Assembly (NCBI RefSeq): GCF_006345805.1
Contig: NC_043010.1
Span: 38,874,001 to 38,938,000 of the forward strand
From: Octopus sinensis
Lineage: Eukaryota
Reading direction: 5' to 3'
Length of the DNA: 64,000 bases
A program made the position numbers and the translations under genes. This document shows, one piece after another, positions 26,467-40,244 of this stretch (positions are counted from its first letter, which is position 1; every line of letters begins with the position of its first letter). Under the pieces are notes generated by a model that saw only the letters and a program-made list of their open reading frames with translations, was not told the origin of the DNA and did not search any database.

Positions 26467-26880
26467 GTATATATATGTTTATATTCTTTTATTCTTTTAC
26501 TTGTTTCACTCATGCTCACGTTTACTTGAATGGGTAGCATTGCTGGTCTGATGATTAAAAACAGCCAATCAATCGAATTTCATGTCCGACACTTTGGGGA
26601 TAATCAGACGCTTGAAAACCAACAAAAGATTCGTTAATCCTGAAATAATGGCGTTGTTATTGTTTTATGCTGTTTCTGATGCATAAATTCAAATAGTGCA
26701 TCCAAGAGGGCAATATCTGATGTGTTGTTCTATTTTAACGTTTTAGGAGGAGGTTAGAGGAAAATGTAGCTGCTGTTTCTACCTAGTCGAACAAAGAACG
26801 GAAAACCCTCGCACACCGATACCTTCTTAATCAAAATGGGTTTGCTACTCAACACTGTGAGACATACATACATACATACA

Positions 26881-26913
<33 letters not shown>

Positions 26914-27628
26914 CTATATATCAATACACACACATATGTATATATTTATACATAAGCAAATATATGCATACATGAATAGTTCCATCCATTCGTGGACACA
27001 ACATACTTAACTATATATATATACATATCCGTACATAGAGGCGTATACACATGCATACATGCATACATACACATCCGTATAAAACGAGATGTTTTAGAAT
27101 ATTTGGTGTGATTGTTATAGAATCAACGCAAAAAAAAAACAAGAACACAATACGTTTGTGAGACACTCTGATAGATATCCAGTACCATATCGAGTTGATT
27201 CTCCACTTATTGTTCCTGCAGAAATTTGTCAATATATTCACCAGATCTAGGATTTTGTTAAAGGAATTTAGATCATTTAACAAAGGTTATATCTGGAGTT
27301 TCTGATGTGCATCACGCAAATATATTTATATTCCGATAATCTTTACATTTTATCTGTGTAATTAGCTACTACGGTCGTCTTTCTGTCTGTCACACTCTCT
27401 CTTTCCCTGTCTTTCTTTCCCCCCCCTCCCTCTCTCTTGCTCACTCTTTATACATTTATATTCATATATCTAGATATCTATCTATCCGTCTATCTATATA
27501 CACGTACATATGTATATGTGTGTGTGTATACATATATATACACACACAAATATATATATACATATATGGAGAGAGAGAGAGAGAGAGATTCACACCACAT
27601 AAATATACATACACACATTTATGTATAT

Positions 27629-27675
<47 letters not shown>

Positions 27676-27794
27676 TATGTATGTGTCGGTGATTGTGCGT
27701 CCGTTTCTATGTATTACACTTACAAATATTATTCGCATACCGATTCTCACACTCACACACATAATTATAAACCTATAAAATTATATATATATAT

Positions 27795-29917
27795 ATAATC
27801 TGCAAACAAATCTAAGTGTCGCATCCCTAGAAATAGAAAATCTCTCATAAGGAAAATTAAAAGAATCAACAAAAAGATCAACATGCTGAAATACTGTCAA
27901 CAGCCACACACCAACCTGACTGCCATCTCGTCGCTAGAAATAAAAAAAACATAAACTCCAAAACAACATGATGTCTATCATCAATAGTCAGCGAAGAGCT
28001 GAAGAGGCCTGGGCCATTGAGAAGATCAAACTCAATCCCAAAGTGTTCTTTTCATTTGCAAAAAACACAGAGTCACTGGTTCTACTGTGGCCCTCTGATT
28101 GATGAAAATGGTACTCTTCAAGACAATGCCAAAACCATGGGAGAGATATTGCAGAAACAATATTGCTCTGTTTTCAGCAATCCTGATATGACTGATATGG
28201 GCTGTATCAGTGATGTTACTCCCCAATACACTTTTATCGGACATAACATTGGCGCTCCTGATGTCTTAGCGCAATAAAGGAAATGAAGCATAATTCAGCA
28301 GTAGGTCCCGATAGGTTCCCTGCTTGTGTCTTGAAGATGTGTCAAAACCAACTTGCACCCCCTCTAGCCAATCCGTGGCGGAACTCACTGGATGCTGTAT
28401 ATATCCCAGAGGACCTTCTATCCCAGTCTGTTGTCCCAGTTTTCAAAAAAGGAAACAAATCGCTTGCCGTGAATTACCGTCCAATCTCACTCACCTCTCA
28501 TATCATCAAGGTATTTGAGAGGGTGCTGAGATCGCGTATGACTCACTTCCTTGAGAGGCATAATATGCTGAACCCCAACCAGCATGGATTCCGTAATGGG
28601 AGAGATTGCCTGACGCAGCTACTGCATCATTTTGATGACATTTTGAGAGCCTTGGGAGAAGGTTCCAACACTGATGTCATCTACCTTGATTTCAGCAAGG
28701 CCTTTGACAGGGTTGATCATAAGATCCTTCTGAGAAAGCTGTCCAATATTGGTGTCACTGGAAAGTTGCTGCAGTGGATCAAGTGCTTCCTGTCTAACAG
28801 AACCCAACATGTTGTAGTCGAAGGAGTCAAATCCAGCCCAGCCAAAGTCAGCAGTGGTGTCCACAAAGGCACTGTGTTGGGCCCACTCTCTTCATCATCT
28901 ACATAAATGATATTACTGATACCATCAAACACAGTAACATCAGAACCTTCGCTGATGACTCCAAGCTCCAGAAGGTCATCAATGGCGTGGATGACCAAAT
29001 AAATCTTCAGTCAGACCTACTGGCTGTTGTCCAATGAGCGGAAAATAATAACATGTTGCTAAATGAAGACAAATTTGAACTGATCCTCTTTGGAAGGGAG
29101 GACGCTCTGAAACTCCCATACTCTCTTTCTTCTGGAGAAATTCTCATGGCATCCAACAACATCAGAGACCTGGGAGTAACAGTGGACAACAACATAAGCT
29201 GGGCTACACATATAAGCAGCAAAGTTGACATGGCCCGCAGAATGTGTTCCTGGATTCTCAGAACCTTCCAGTCGAGAGATTCCCACGCTATTATCCTTCT
29301 CTTCTCCACTTTTGCCCGACCCCACCTTGAATACTGCTGTCCACTGTGGTCTCCCTACACAAAACACAAATATTATGAGAATTGAAGCTCCCCAAAGGTC
29401 AATCACAAAAAAGATAGATGGCATGTCAGACCTTGACTACTGGGGTAGACTAGAGAAGCTGAAATTGTATTCACTCAACGACGCCGTGAACGCTACATTA
29501 TCTGTATGATGTGGAAAATATTCACCAGCACTGTCCGAATGATGTTGGCATCACCTTCAAAATGCATCCAAGGCTTGGACCACGTGCCATCCGTCCACAA
29601 CAAAAATCTAAATCGCATCACATAACGACAATACGGCACAACTATTTCACCTCAATTGGCCTGCTCTCTTCAACATTACACCAGGGCACGTCAAAAAGAA
29701 ACTGACCACACAAAATTCAAGAAGTCTTTGGACAAATTCCTTCAAACAGTACCGGACAAACCACCCACACCCGGATATGTCTCCGCAAACAATAACTCTC
29801 TGCTCGAATGGCCTTGGTGCCCAAATCCTGAACTGAAAGACTTCACCAGGTGGTGCTATTAAGTTAGACATGGCCTGGGCCAATACTGGCCAAAACCTTT
29901 CTAAGTTATTCTAAGTT
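27795..29917 (+). mobile_element. CR1-type LINE, 5'-truncated RT pseudogene with intact 3' end
   Basis: ORF 28283: NYRPISLTSHIIKVFERV...QHGFRNGRDCLTQLL...YLDFSKAFDRVDH; FADD at ~28947; HLEYCCPLWSP; 3' tail (ttctaagtta)x2. Confidence 0.95.
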
Positions 29918-30224
29918 ATATATATATATATATATACATACGAGACTTATCTATGCGTGTCAACTGAACTGACCTCTGTACTTAAACGATAATTTCTTAA
30001 TATTCTTCTTGAAAGGCTACAAGGCAGGTTTGACTCTGGCAACATTTGAACTCAGAACGTAAAGAACAGGAAGAAATTCTGTTGAGCTTTTTGTTTGACG
30101 CGCCAAAGTGTGTAGGATCTGGCCGCTTTAATAGATATCGTATAATTAAACGATATTATAGATCTTACTATATGGATACATATATATCACAGAAAATTCT
30201 ATAGTCGATTGGTAGTATATAGCC

Positions 30225-30530
30225 CATCCATCCATCCTGCCTTATTTCCTTCCTTCCTTCCTTCCTTCCTTCCTTCCTCCCTCCTATCCATCCATCCTTC
30301 CTTCCTTCCTTCGTTCCTTCCTACGTTCCTTCTTTCCATCCTTCCTTTGTTCTACCCTTCCTTCTTTCCTTCCATCCATCCTCCCTCCCTTCCGTCTTCC
30401 CTCCCCCCTCCCTCCCTTCCTCCCTCCCTTCCTTCCTTCCTTCCTTCCTTCCTTCCTCCCTTCCTTCCTTCCTTCCTTCCTTCTTCCTTCCTTCTTCCTT
30501 ACCTCTCTCCTTCCTTCCTTCCTTCTCCAA
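30225..30530. repeat. (CTTC)n/(CCTC)n pyrimidine microsatellite
   Basis: Direct reading. Confidence 0.95.
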
Positions 30531-30539
30531 CCATTAATC

Positions 30540-30870
30540 CTGAGACGGTCGTGGCGTAGACATCAGGTATATTCTCCATAGCGTCGTATTTGAAATAACC
30601 GTAATTGGACTTTCCCGTTGGAATCCCAAGCGTGTATCAACTGAGATTATGGATATCGTCCAACCATCTTGTTCTTGGTCCAATCCTTGGTGTCCTGCCA
30701 TTAGGCTCAGGGCTTCAATAATCCGCCTTACGATACTTTTCGTATATCCGTAGCACCGGACCTGTTAACTCTCAATGAGCAGAAGTAGCGGCTCAAGCTG
30801 GATAGACTCCTTAATCTCCGAGCTTCGAACCCTGTCGAGTAATGTTGTATTGGTGATCCTACTCATTCAG
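30540..30870 (-). mobile_element. RTE-type LINE 3' fragment
   Basis: Minus-strand RITNTTLLDRV...RIGPRTRWLDDI resembles the RTE C-terminal R.RGRP..RW.D motif. Confidence 0.65.
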
Positions 30871-31221
30871 TCATCAATCATCATTCATGACGTTAGGTGA
30901 CGATAGTCACAAAAACCAAAAGGATAGCAGAATAGACATCAGTATAAACGATAAATGTTTAAAATAATTATTTAATTTCAGACGCAATTATTTATGTTAG
31001 AAATAACGGAAACTATTTTATATTATAAACAAAAGATCTGACAGACAAATGTAAAGAGAAGTTGTCATGACAAATTCATTAACTTGGCTAAATATCGTAT
31101 AAATAAGATGTTAACAATTTTATTGAGAAATGTTAACAGGAATGTTAACACACCAAGTTCAAAAGTGAGTATGTCTCAACAGAAATAGAATAAAATATTA
31201 ATATAACTTAAAATTTTGCCA

Positions 31222-31524
31222 CAGAAAGGATGAAAGGCAAAGTCGATCACGGCGGAATCGGAACTCAGAACGTAGCAACAGGTGAAATACCCATTTCTTT
31301 ATTACCCACAAGGGGCTAAACATAGAGGGGACAAACAAGGACGGACATAGGTATTAAGTCGATTACATCGACCCCAGTGCGTAACTGGTACTTAATTTAT
31401 CGACTCCGAAAGGATGAAAAGCAAAGTCAACTTTGGCGGAATTTGAACTCACAATGTAACGTCAGACGAAATACGGCTACGCATTTCGCCCGGCGTGCTA
31501 ACGTTTCTGCCAACTCGTCGCCTT
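31222..31524 (-). mobile_element. Meta-like SINE preceded by a partial copy
   Basis: Near-identical to 9931-10162 over 31295-31524; partial core at 31222-31290. Confidence 0.88.
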
Positions 31525-31721
31525 AAATCAGATATTATAGCATAATATGGGAGAATATTACCTGATAAAGCCCTCGCCGCTCCAAGAATACACTCTTCGT
31601 TTGTTGTTTGTCTATATTTCAGTTCCTTCCTTTCTCAAAACAATTACCGAAATGGATCTGTGAATTTCCCTAATTATTGTTTTGTTCTTCTGATTCTTTC
31701 ACTCGTTAGAATGTGGCCATG

Positions 31722-32110
31722 CTGGGGCACCACCTTAAAGAATCTTAGCTGAATAAATCGGCCCCAATACATTCTTGTTATCTTATAAATCTGGTACTTA
31801 TTCTATCGATATCTTTAGCCAAACTGCTAATTTACGGGGATATAAACACACCAGCCCTGATTGTCAAGTGGCAGTGGGGGGGATAAACACAGACACAAAG
31901 ACACACAAACACACACACATATATATACATATATACATATACATATATGTATATATACACGACGAGCTTATTTCAGTTTCCCTTTACCATATCCACTCAC
32001 AAGCTTTTGGTCGGCTCGAAGCTATAGTAGAAGACACTTGCCTAAGGTCCTACGCATTTGGATTAAACACTGAACTATGTGGTTGTGAAGCAAGCTTCTT
32101 ACCACACAGC
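31722..32110 (-). mobile_element. tRNA-headed CORE-like SINE
   Basis: Head gagtggctgtgtggtaagaagcttgcttcacaaccacatagttcag on the - strand; internal (CA)/(TA). Confidence 0.8.
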
Positions 32111-32420
32111 CACTCAAACTTATTTGCCTTTCATTTTATAAATAATATCTTGCTGTTACTAAATTCCCAAACATGCGGAAAACGAGAAAAAGCAAGCCCA
32201 AAAAGTTCCTAGTTTAAAAGCAAAAAATATAAGAAACTAATGCAGCAGATATATATAAACGGAAAATTTTACATTTTCTCCGTAGATTGAAAAAAATAAT
32301 GAACAGCCTTGATCGATTTTCGAAATTTATTGTGTTCGCATCAGTGTGTCTACATATACAGATACATACATACATACATACATACATGCATACATACATA
32401 TAAATATATATATACATACA

Positions 32421-32515
<95 letters not shown>

Positions 32516-32740
32516 TAATATATATATATATATTATATATATTACATAACTTGTTACTAGTACCAGGAAATCAATATTAGAAAATTCTCCAGAAAGATAT
32601 ATACATGTGTAGCATAAATGTTGTATTAAAACTATAAAAATATAGAAATATAGAAATATATGTAAATATGTATAAGTATAAATATATAATAATAAATATG
32701 ACAGTTTAAAAGATTCGAGTTTCGAATTAAGTTTTTAAAG

Positions 32741-32832
32741 CATCTTACGATCGTTTCGCAGAAGTGCTATCCCTATAAAGGAATCCCTTATTGATAAGCA
32801 TTTATAGACAACTCTTCTGCTCTTCAGAGATA
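32741..32832 (-). ncRNA. Canonical minimal type I hammerhead ribozyme
   Basis: Minus RNA: UAUCU-CUGAAGA-GCAGAAG...CUUCUGC-GAAAC-GAUC-GUA-AGAUG. 7-bp stem II with G10.1-C11.1, palindromic GAUC loop, 5-bp stem I; predicted cut between 32746 and 32745. Confidence 0.85.
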
Positions 32833-32924
32833 TAAATGTGAAATTTGCATAATTTATCAAATTGTAGCTTTTTAAAAAATATGAAGTAATATAGGAAAAG
32901 GGTGTTTGTTTTAAATATAAATTT

Positions 32925-32968
<44 letters not shown>

Positions 32969-32978
32969 TATATATATA

Positions 32979-33978
32979 CGAAAGAAGGTTTGAAAATGCA
33001 ATTTAAAAGATGTTTATTTACTTAACCGTTTCACGCGCACGGGCGGGCACGCATATATACACACACCATCCTACCCCCAAAAATTCTTTAAACAACACAC
33101 ATCTATTTTTGCCACCCTGGAACCATTCAAAAACAGCCCCCCCCACACACGCAGACGCTTGTATACGTGTGTGTGCACGCACACAGGGGCACGCACACTC
33201 ACACCAGTCTCACCTCCATACAGGCACATATATACACACGCAGCACCATGTCAAATGCCATCCACACTCATGCATGCGTACACACGCACGCACACACGCA
33301 CACACAACACCATGACAACCACACACACTTGACAAACAGACGCCATCTGACCAAATACTACAGACACACAGACACATCTATTCACACACACGCAGAGAGA
33401 CACACATATTCACCTCATCCTAACCCCAAAATCATTGATGCTTGAAGGAAAGCCAAAAACAGAAAAAAACGGGTACATCTTTCTCAATTCTACATTTCTG
33501 CTAAAACGGACAGGTCAGTAAACAAGCTCGCCTTGAATTCATAATATTCTGTACTGACCCTGAGATGTATAATATATTTATTTTAATCTTTTCTGCCCAT
33601 TTTTTCAAATATTCTCGTCATACTGTTGTACTTTCTTATGTCCTTAACATGTCCTTGTTACCAAAGACTGTATATATACATGTAATGTGGCAATTTGCAA
33701 CAACCAATAATTAACGCAACAAAACTTCCAATAATATATTTGTTTTATTCTTTTCTGCCCATTTTTTTCAAATATTCTCATCACACTGTTGTACTTCTTT
33801 ATGTCCTTAACATGTCCCTGTTGCCAAAGACTGTATATATACATGTAATGTGGCAATTATGTAAAAAACTTTTTTGAATTCATAATATTCTATGTTACTT
33901 TTGACAATCTTTTTCCAAAGAATGAAACCGGTTAAGTAAATAAACATCTTTTAAATTGCATTTTCTAACCTTCTTTCG
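32979..33978. mobile_element. 1-kb element bounded by ~55-bp inverted repeats (probable inverted Penelope-like termini, or MITE)
   Basis: Left 32979-33033 versus right 33923-33978 near-perfect inverted repeat, TA on both sides; internal ~161-bp duplication at 33570-33858; decayed HHR overlaps the right repeat. Confidence 0.75.
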
Positions 33979-34020
33979 TATATAATTCCACTCGTGCGAT
34001 ACCCCACAACTCAACTTTGT

Positions 34021-34078
<58 letters not shown>

Positions 34079-34398
34079 TATATTATATATCATCAGTATA
34101 TGATTTAACGTATTAAACACAATTCAACAAGTGTATTCATATTTATGTAATGCAGGAAATTAGATGTTAAAATGGATTATAGCTATTATTATTAATGTTG
34201 CTATAAAATTTGTTTCATAAAAACAGACTCAGATATTCATAATAGAAAATCGGAACGGTCAAATTTGTACTCGTCGGCAGCTGGGAAAGAAAACTAAAAA
34301 AAGACGTTAGAAGTACATAGATTTTTTCTCAGTAATCATATTGTATTAATGTGTTCGTTCTTGGACTCATGCCTATTTTAAACAATACTAAAATCTAT

Positions 34399-34722
34399 AT
34401 TGCAGCGTGGAAGGTGTTTATAAGCCATTTAAGAAACACAAAACCGTTAGATTCACTTCAACATTTAAATTTAATTTGTCAAAATATTTTCGTCGCTTTG
34501 AGACCGCGACCTGTTCACAGACAAAACTTCGTGCTGCATCTCATGAAGTTTTGTCAGTGACCAGGTCGAAAATATTTTGACAAATTAAATTTAAATGTTG
34601 AAGTGAATCTAACGGTTTTGTGTGTTTCTTAAATGGCTTATAAACACCTTCCACGCTGCAATTGTTTTCGTTCCAGCACACGATCTCAGATCAAGTCACT
34701 CGCTATGCAAGTACATCTCCGT
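34399..34722. mobile_element. Fold-back repeat element with ~95-bp arms
   Basis: 34399-34492 is the reverse complement of 34567-34662 apart from a 2-nt indel; inner ~26-bp arms; second family member at 63395-63620. Confidence 0.85.
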
Positions 34723-36103
34723 AAAATCTATATAATTGGTGCTAATATATTATATTAAAAAACTAATATTCTCTGTATGAATTTCTATATGTGTGTTTCT
34801 TTAAAACTCCGTAAAAGAATTATAGCAACTGGCCAGGCTGTATTTGTATTTACGATGAGGAATCCAAATAAGGAAGTGAAAGAATTCTCAAATACAAATT
34901 TAGTTTTTACTTAGCCGCCAATTATCCTTTCAACTTAAGAAATTATTAGAAAAATGTTTAATAGTATTCAATAATAATTTCAGGTTTATAAAATTTGTAA
35001 TTTAAGTATTTATAGTAAATAATAGGACTAATATTCATAGATAACAATAAGTGTTATGTCTTAATTATTAAGTAACAGTATTGGAATATTTTAAAGAAAA
35101 TTTAGGAATATATATATGCACACAGACAAACACACTCACACACATATACACATGTATATATATGTTCTTCGATTCACCAATACACACGCATACGACGCAC
35201 ACACCGATAACCAACCATGCACATACACACACGTAATTTCTTGTAACCTTGACATTTTCTAGAGAGATTTCCTACATACATGTATCGCATGAGTATATGC
35301 CTGTGTATATGAATGCATGTATATGTGTGTGATTATATTACAAGACAACTGAAGGAAGCATTACCTTAAATAAAACACCCACGCAAAGCTTTCAGACGCC
35401 AAAGTTTCTCTCAACTGATCACGGCAATCGCAAACTCTTCAATAATGAAAATATGCGTTCGGTAATTTGTCGTAGAAAATTGAAAAAAACAGGTGACATC
35501 GGTACGGTACAATAAGCATTTTCTATCAAAACATGGACGTCTAGTTACATTTAGATCTTTTAAATTGTTCATGTATTTAGTAGCTGAACAATAGGTGTTC
35601 TTGTTGAGATATCTATACATAGATAAGCATCTGTGCATATACATACTCGCTAACAAACATTCACTCAAACATGTATGTATATTAACTTTATTCATGCATC
35701 TGAAAGCGTAGTTTTTTTTGTCATTGTCAGTAGTCTTATCTCTACAAACAGTGTTCGCTTTTTGCAGATTTTTGGATAGCCTGGAACACCAATTATTTGG
35801 CTGCAATAAGGAAGAATGAGAAAGAATGTTATTACCGAGAAAAAAAAGGAGATTTACTTTGCTAGGATGCGCAATTCGAGCGACTTACGTCACTTACACG
35901 TAAATTTCAGCATAGCATTCATTCCGTGTGAGCGTATATATATATATATATATATATATATGATTTTGATTTTGATTTTTCCAGTTTCAGCTAATGAGCT
36001 GTGGCCATGCTGGGGCACCGCCATTTATTTACATATTTATTTACATTTATTTACATATCTGTGTGTGTTTCTATTTATATGTATATTATATATTATATAT
36101 ATA

Positions 36104-36354
36104 TAAAACATTATTGGTGAATTGAAGAAATGGAGCTGAACGCAGATTGAACAGAAATCGTTTTATTTCATTCTACACTTTTTCGAAAGGCACAAATTAC
36201 CAAAATCCGATTGAATAATGGGACCATATTGTGTCTTTCTCTTCAGGAAGAAAAAAGGAAATAATTTTGCCTTTCGAACACGTGTAGAATGAATAAACGC
36301 TTTCTGTTCAATCTGCGTTCAGCTCCATTTCTTCAATTCACCAATAATGTTTTA
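36104..36354. mobile_element. Fold-back element (~90-bp arms) carrying a hammerhead motif
   Basis: taaaacattattggtgaattgaagaaatggagctgaacgcagattgaacagaaa... inverted at 36266-36354. Confidence 0.85.
36171..36249 (-). ncRNA. Slightly decayed type I hammerhead ribozyme
   Basis: Minus RNA: UUC-CUGAAGA-GAAAGACACAA...UUGUGCCUUUC-GAAA-AAGU-GUA-GAA. The mirror arm reads GAAC-ACGU-GUA-GAA, implying a consensus GAAAC-ACGU-GUA. Confidence 0.7.
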
Positions 36355-36620
36355 ATTTCAATTATCCGCACCAACGCACGGTGCAACGCCAGATGGTTGT
36401 ACCTCCAACCGTGCTGTTTACTGCTGTGATTTTTGCTACTAAGGTATCGGTTAAACTTTTGATTAATCTACTACAAGTTATTCATCTTTCTATTTCACAT
36501 TATATATATATATATATATATATATACATAGATATATACCTAGATATACATAGGTAGATGAATATACATATATACGCACACACATACATATATACTTACA
36601 TATACATCTGTATATATATT

Positions 36621-36661
<41 letters not shown>

Positions 36662-38347
36662 TGCATGTTATGATTTCTTTCTCCTTCCCCCTCTCTTTAT
36701 CTATCTATATCAATATATATATGTATGTGTGTGTATAAATATATAGATATGTATAATTTCTGTATATATTATATATTATTTCTGTATATATTATATGTGT
36801 ACATGTATATATACATGTAGTATGTATACATGCGAACAACACATACAGCAATACCACACACGCACTCACACATCCATACATATACAAGTATATATATATT
36901 ACAGATATCCATTACCGCATTCTTATAAAAAGACAGTATTGGAATGATGAAATCTTTTATTAGATCTAGTTTCTAATGGCTAGACATATCATTTAAATTT
37001 TGGTTAAGCATTAAAGAGGTTGTTAGGAAAATACAAAATAAAAACGTATGACTTAACAAAATAGCACGAAATAAAATAAATTTAGGTAAAAACTCTACTT
37101 GACACACTACAGGCGTTTACTAAACTTTACACATGAAATGTTGTTATCTTACTATTCACCAACTTAACGCTAAATATATCTCTCTTCTTCTCGCCCGTTT
37201 TCTTCGCGATTGAAATGATTCTGGTGAAAAAACTTCAGGACGTAAGTAGCAAATCATGTTGATAAAATTAGTGATTCTTTTGTAATGTTTCCTGTGCAAT
37301 ATTAAAACAAGTTTATATTCTAAACCGTTTGACATTTCGCAAAAACCCATTAACGAGTTGTTTTCGGTTTCTAACACATATAAGTGTCTATGCCTGTTTG
37401 TCTTTGTGTATGTGTGTGTGTGTGTGTTTGCGTGTGTGTGTGTGTTTGCGTGTGTGTGTGGGGGCGTGCGTGTGTGTGTGCGTGTGTGTGTGTATGCGTG
37501 CGTGTGTTTGTATGTGTGTGTGCGTGTGTTTGTATGTGCGTGTGTTTGTGTGTGTGTTTGTGTGTGTGTGTGTGCCGGTGTGTATGCCCGAGTATAATTA
37601 CTTCTGGTGAATTTGACAGAATGTACAGAAGCTAAAATGTCCTTTTATTAATGAGATAAACTGTAAGATTTCCTTGTGTTAATCTGGCTGGTAATTTAGC
37701 GTAATGTGTTTAACTTCACGAATGGTGACAAGACATATGTGTGTGTGTGTGTCTGTGTGTGTTTATATATAGGGAGTAAGATAAAAGAGAGAGGAAACTA
37801 GAAATAAGAAATATAGAGAAATGAGCGAAAAACGAAGATAAGGTGGAAGTGATTCATGTATACATACATGTGATATACGTACGTACGTAAATATGTCTAT
37901 ATGTATATACACACACATGAATATATATTATCATACATGATATATATAAGTGTTTATTATATTAGTGTGGTCTTATCAACACCTATCTCATCTCCTAAGT
38001 ATGATTGTATCTATCTCATTTCCTATGCACTTTTGCTTCGTCCTACTATCTGCCTGTCTCGTTTTCTATCTGTTTTGTCAGTATATTCCGTATAGCATCC
38101 AATACTTGAAAGTATTCTCCACGTTGAAAGAAAGCCAACGTGTTTTGTATATGTTTTCTATCAACAATATTGTGGCTAGCAATTTTCTAGGTCTGAATAT
38201 GCAACAATAACTACCATATATACAAGGGAGGTAATTCTCTACATCATCTACTTATCTGCGCCGCTGATGATAATTGAATAGCTTGACCATGGCTCCAGAA
38301 GCATTGTGGTTGTAGTTATAAACTACATTCACTGCGTTGAACAAAAA

Positions 38348-38737
38348 GGAGTGGTTGTGTGGTAAGTAGCTTGCTTACGAACCACATGGTTTTGGATTCA
38401 ATCTGCCTGGCAACTTGGGCAAGTGTCTTCTATTATAGCCTCGGGCTGATCAAAGCCTTGGGAGTGGATTTGGTAGACGGAAACTGAAAGAAGTCTGTCG
38501 TATATATGTATATGTATATATATATATGTGTGTGTGTGTTTGTGTGTCTGTGTTTCACTCCCCCCCAAACTGCTGGTGTGTTTACGTCCCCGTAACTTAG
38601 CGGTTCGGCAAAAGAGAACGATAGACTAAGTACTAGGCTTACAAAGAATAAGTCCTGGGATCGATTTCCTCGACTAAAGGCGGTGCTCCAGCATGGCCAC
38701 AGTCAAATGATTGAAACAAGTAAAAGAGTAAAAGAGT
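38348..38737 (+). mobile_element. Full-length tRNA-headed CORE-like SINE
   Basis: ggagtggttgtgtggtaagtagcttgc...gggcaagtgtcttc...(TA/TG)n...gaaacaagtaaaagagtaaaagag. Confidence 0.9.
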
Positions 38738-38997
38738 ATATGAGCATTACAGGTATGAAACTAATATGTCACCTGAGAAGAAATCACGGCGTCATTAACA
38801 TTAATTATGGTTTAAAAATCAAAAACGAAGCCTTCCAAAGTTTTGGGTACACAAAATTATCGATGTCATCATTAACTTCTCAACGAAATATCGTATACAA
38901 TTCACAGAATGTGTACAACAGCTCATGAATTGATTCTGTAATCGTGTCTCGTTATTCTGCAAAGCTGGTGGGTGCAATTAATATTCTTACATACTTC

Positions 38998-39085
38998 CGT
39001 ACATATATGTATGCATGTATGTATGTATGTATGTATGTATGTATGTATGTATGTATGTATGTATGTATGTATGTATGTATGTATG

Positions 39086-39116
<31 letters not shown>

Positions 39117-39321
39117 GTATGTATGTATGTATGCATGTATGTATGTATATAAGGTATCTGTATGTATGTATGGTATCTGTATGTATGTATGTATGCATGT
39201 ATGTATGCATGAATGTATGTATGCATGCATGCATGTATGTATGTATGCATGTATGTATGGATGGATGGATGCATGCATGCATGGATCTATCTAGCTGTCT
39301 GTCTGTCTGTCTGTCTGTCTG

Positions 39322-39360
<39 letters not shown>

Positions 39361-39440
39361 GAATTTATGCGTGCGTAGATTTGTGCGCGTGCTGGCACTT
39401 TCGTACATACATACATACATACATACATACATACATACAA
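38998..39440. repeat. (TATG)n/(TCTA)n/(TACA)n compound microsatellite
   Basis: Direct reading. Confidence 0.95.
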
Positions 39441-40244
39441 TATAAAGCTCCTGCATTTGTAAACTACGTTTGAGGAGATGCATACTGTACATAACAAGAC
39501 TCAAGAAAGCACAAATACACACACACACACACTTGTGCATATAAGCGTGTTGTATAAACTTGCTGGTATTTATTCTGAAGAAATCTATTTCGCTTCTTTA
39601 TGATCTGCGATTCAGATGATGAATGCGCCTTTTCTTCCTTCAAATGTGACATCGTGTCCTATGTAGAAATTGCTGTTATATTCCTATTCTCAAAATTATT
39701 CAGTTAATATACCTATACGACGATTGTTACATCCTACCAGAAGTGCACACTTCATTTACGTGATATATGTACATACCATACGTATGCTGCTCTTTAAATA
39801 TCAGTGGTAAACGTCCGAAAATTAGTGAAAACATAAGTTTATATCAAAGGGCTTTCTCCAAGAATTTTCCCATAAATGGAATCCACACAATCTATAAGGA
39901 TTTCATTTATCTCCTTTACGTGATTTTGCTGTACGCCCAGACAAAACCAAGGATATGTCTGCATATGCATACTGAGGGTTTACTTATAACTAATTCGTAT
40001 ATCTTAGAAAGTGTGTCTGTCAAGTTGAAAGTGGCGTTATCAAACTATATATACGTATTTGAATGCATATATACAGATGCAAGAATATATATTGTAAAAA
40101 ATAAACAAAAACAAAACGAAGATAACACAAAGAAATCTTATATTAAGACTGGCAAATGAAGCCAGAGAATTCTGGCGTTTCAAAAGCTTGTCTTTCACCA
40201 GAACCAAAGAATACAAGAAAAGTCGAGGGGTCAAGAAAGTCCGT

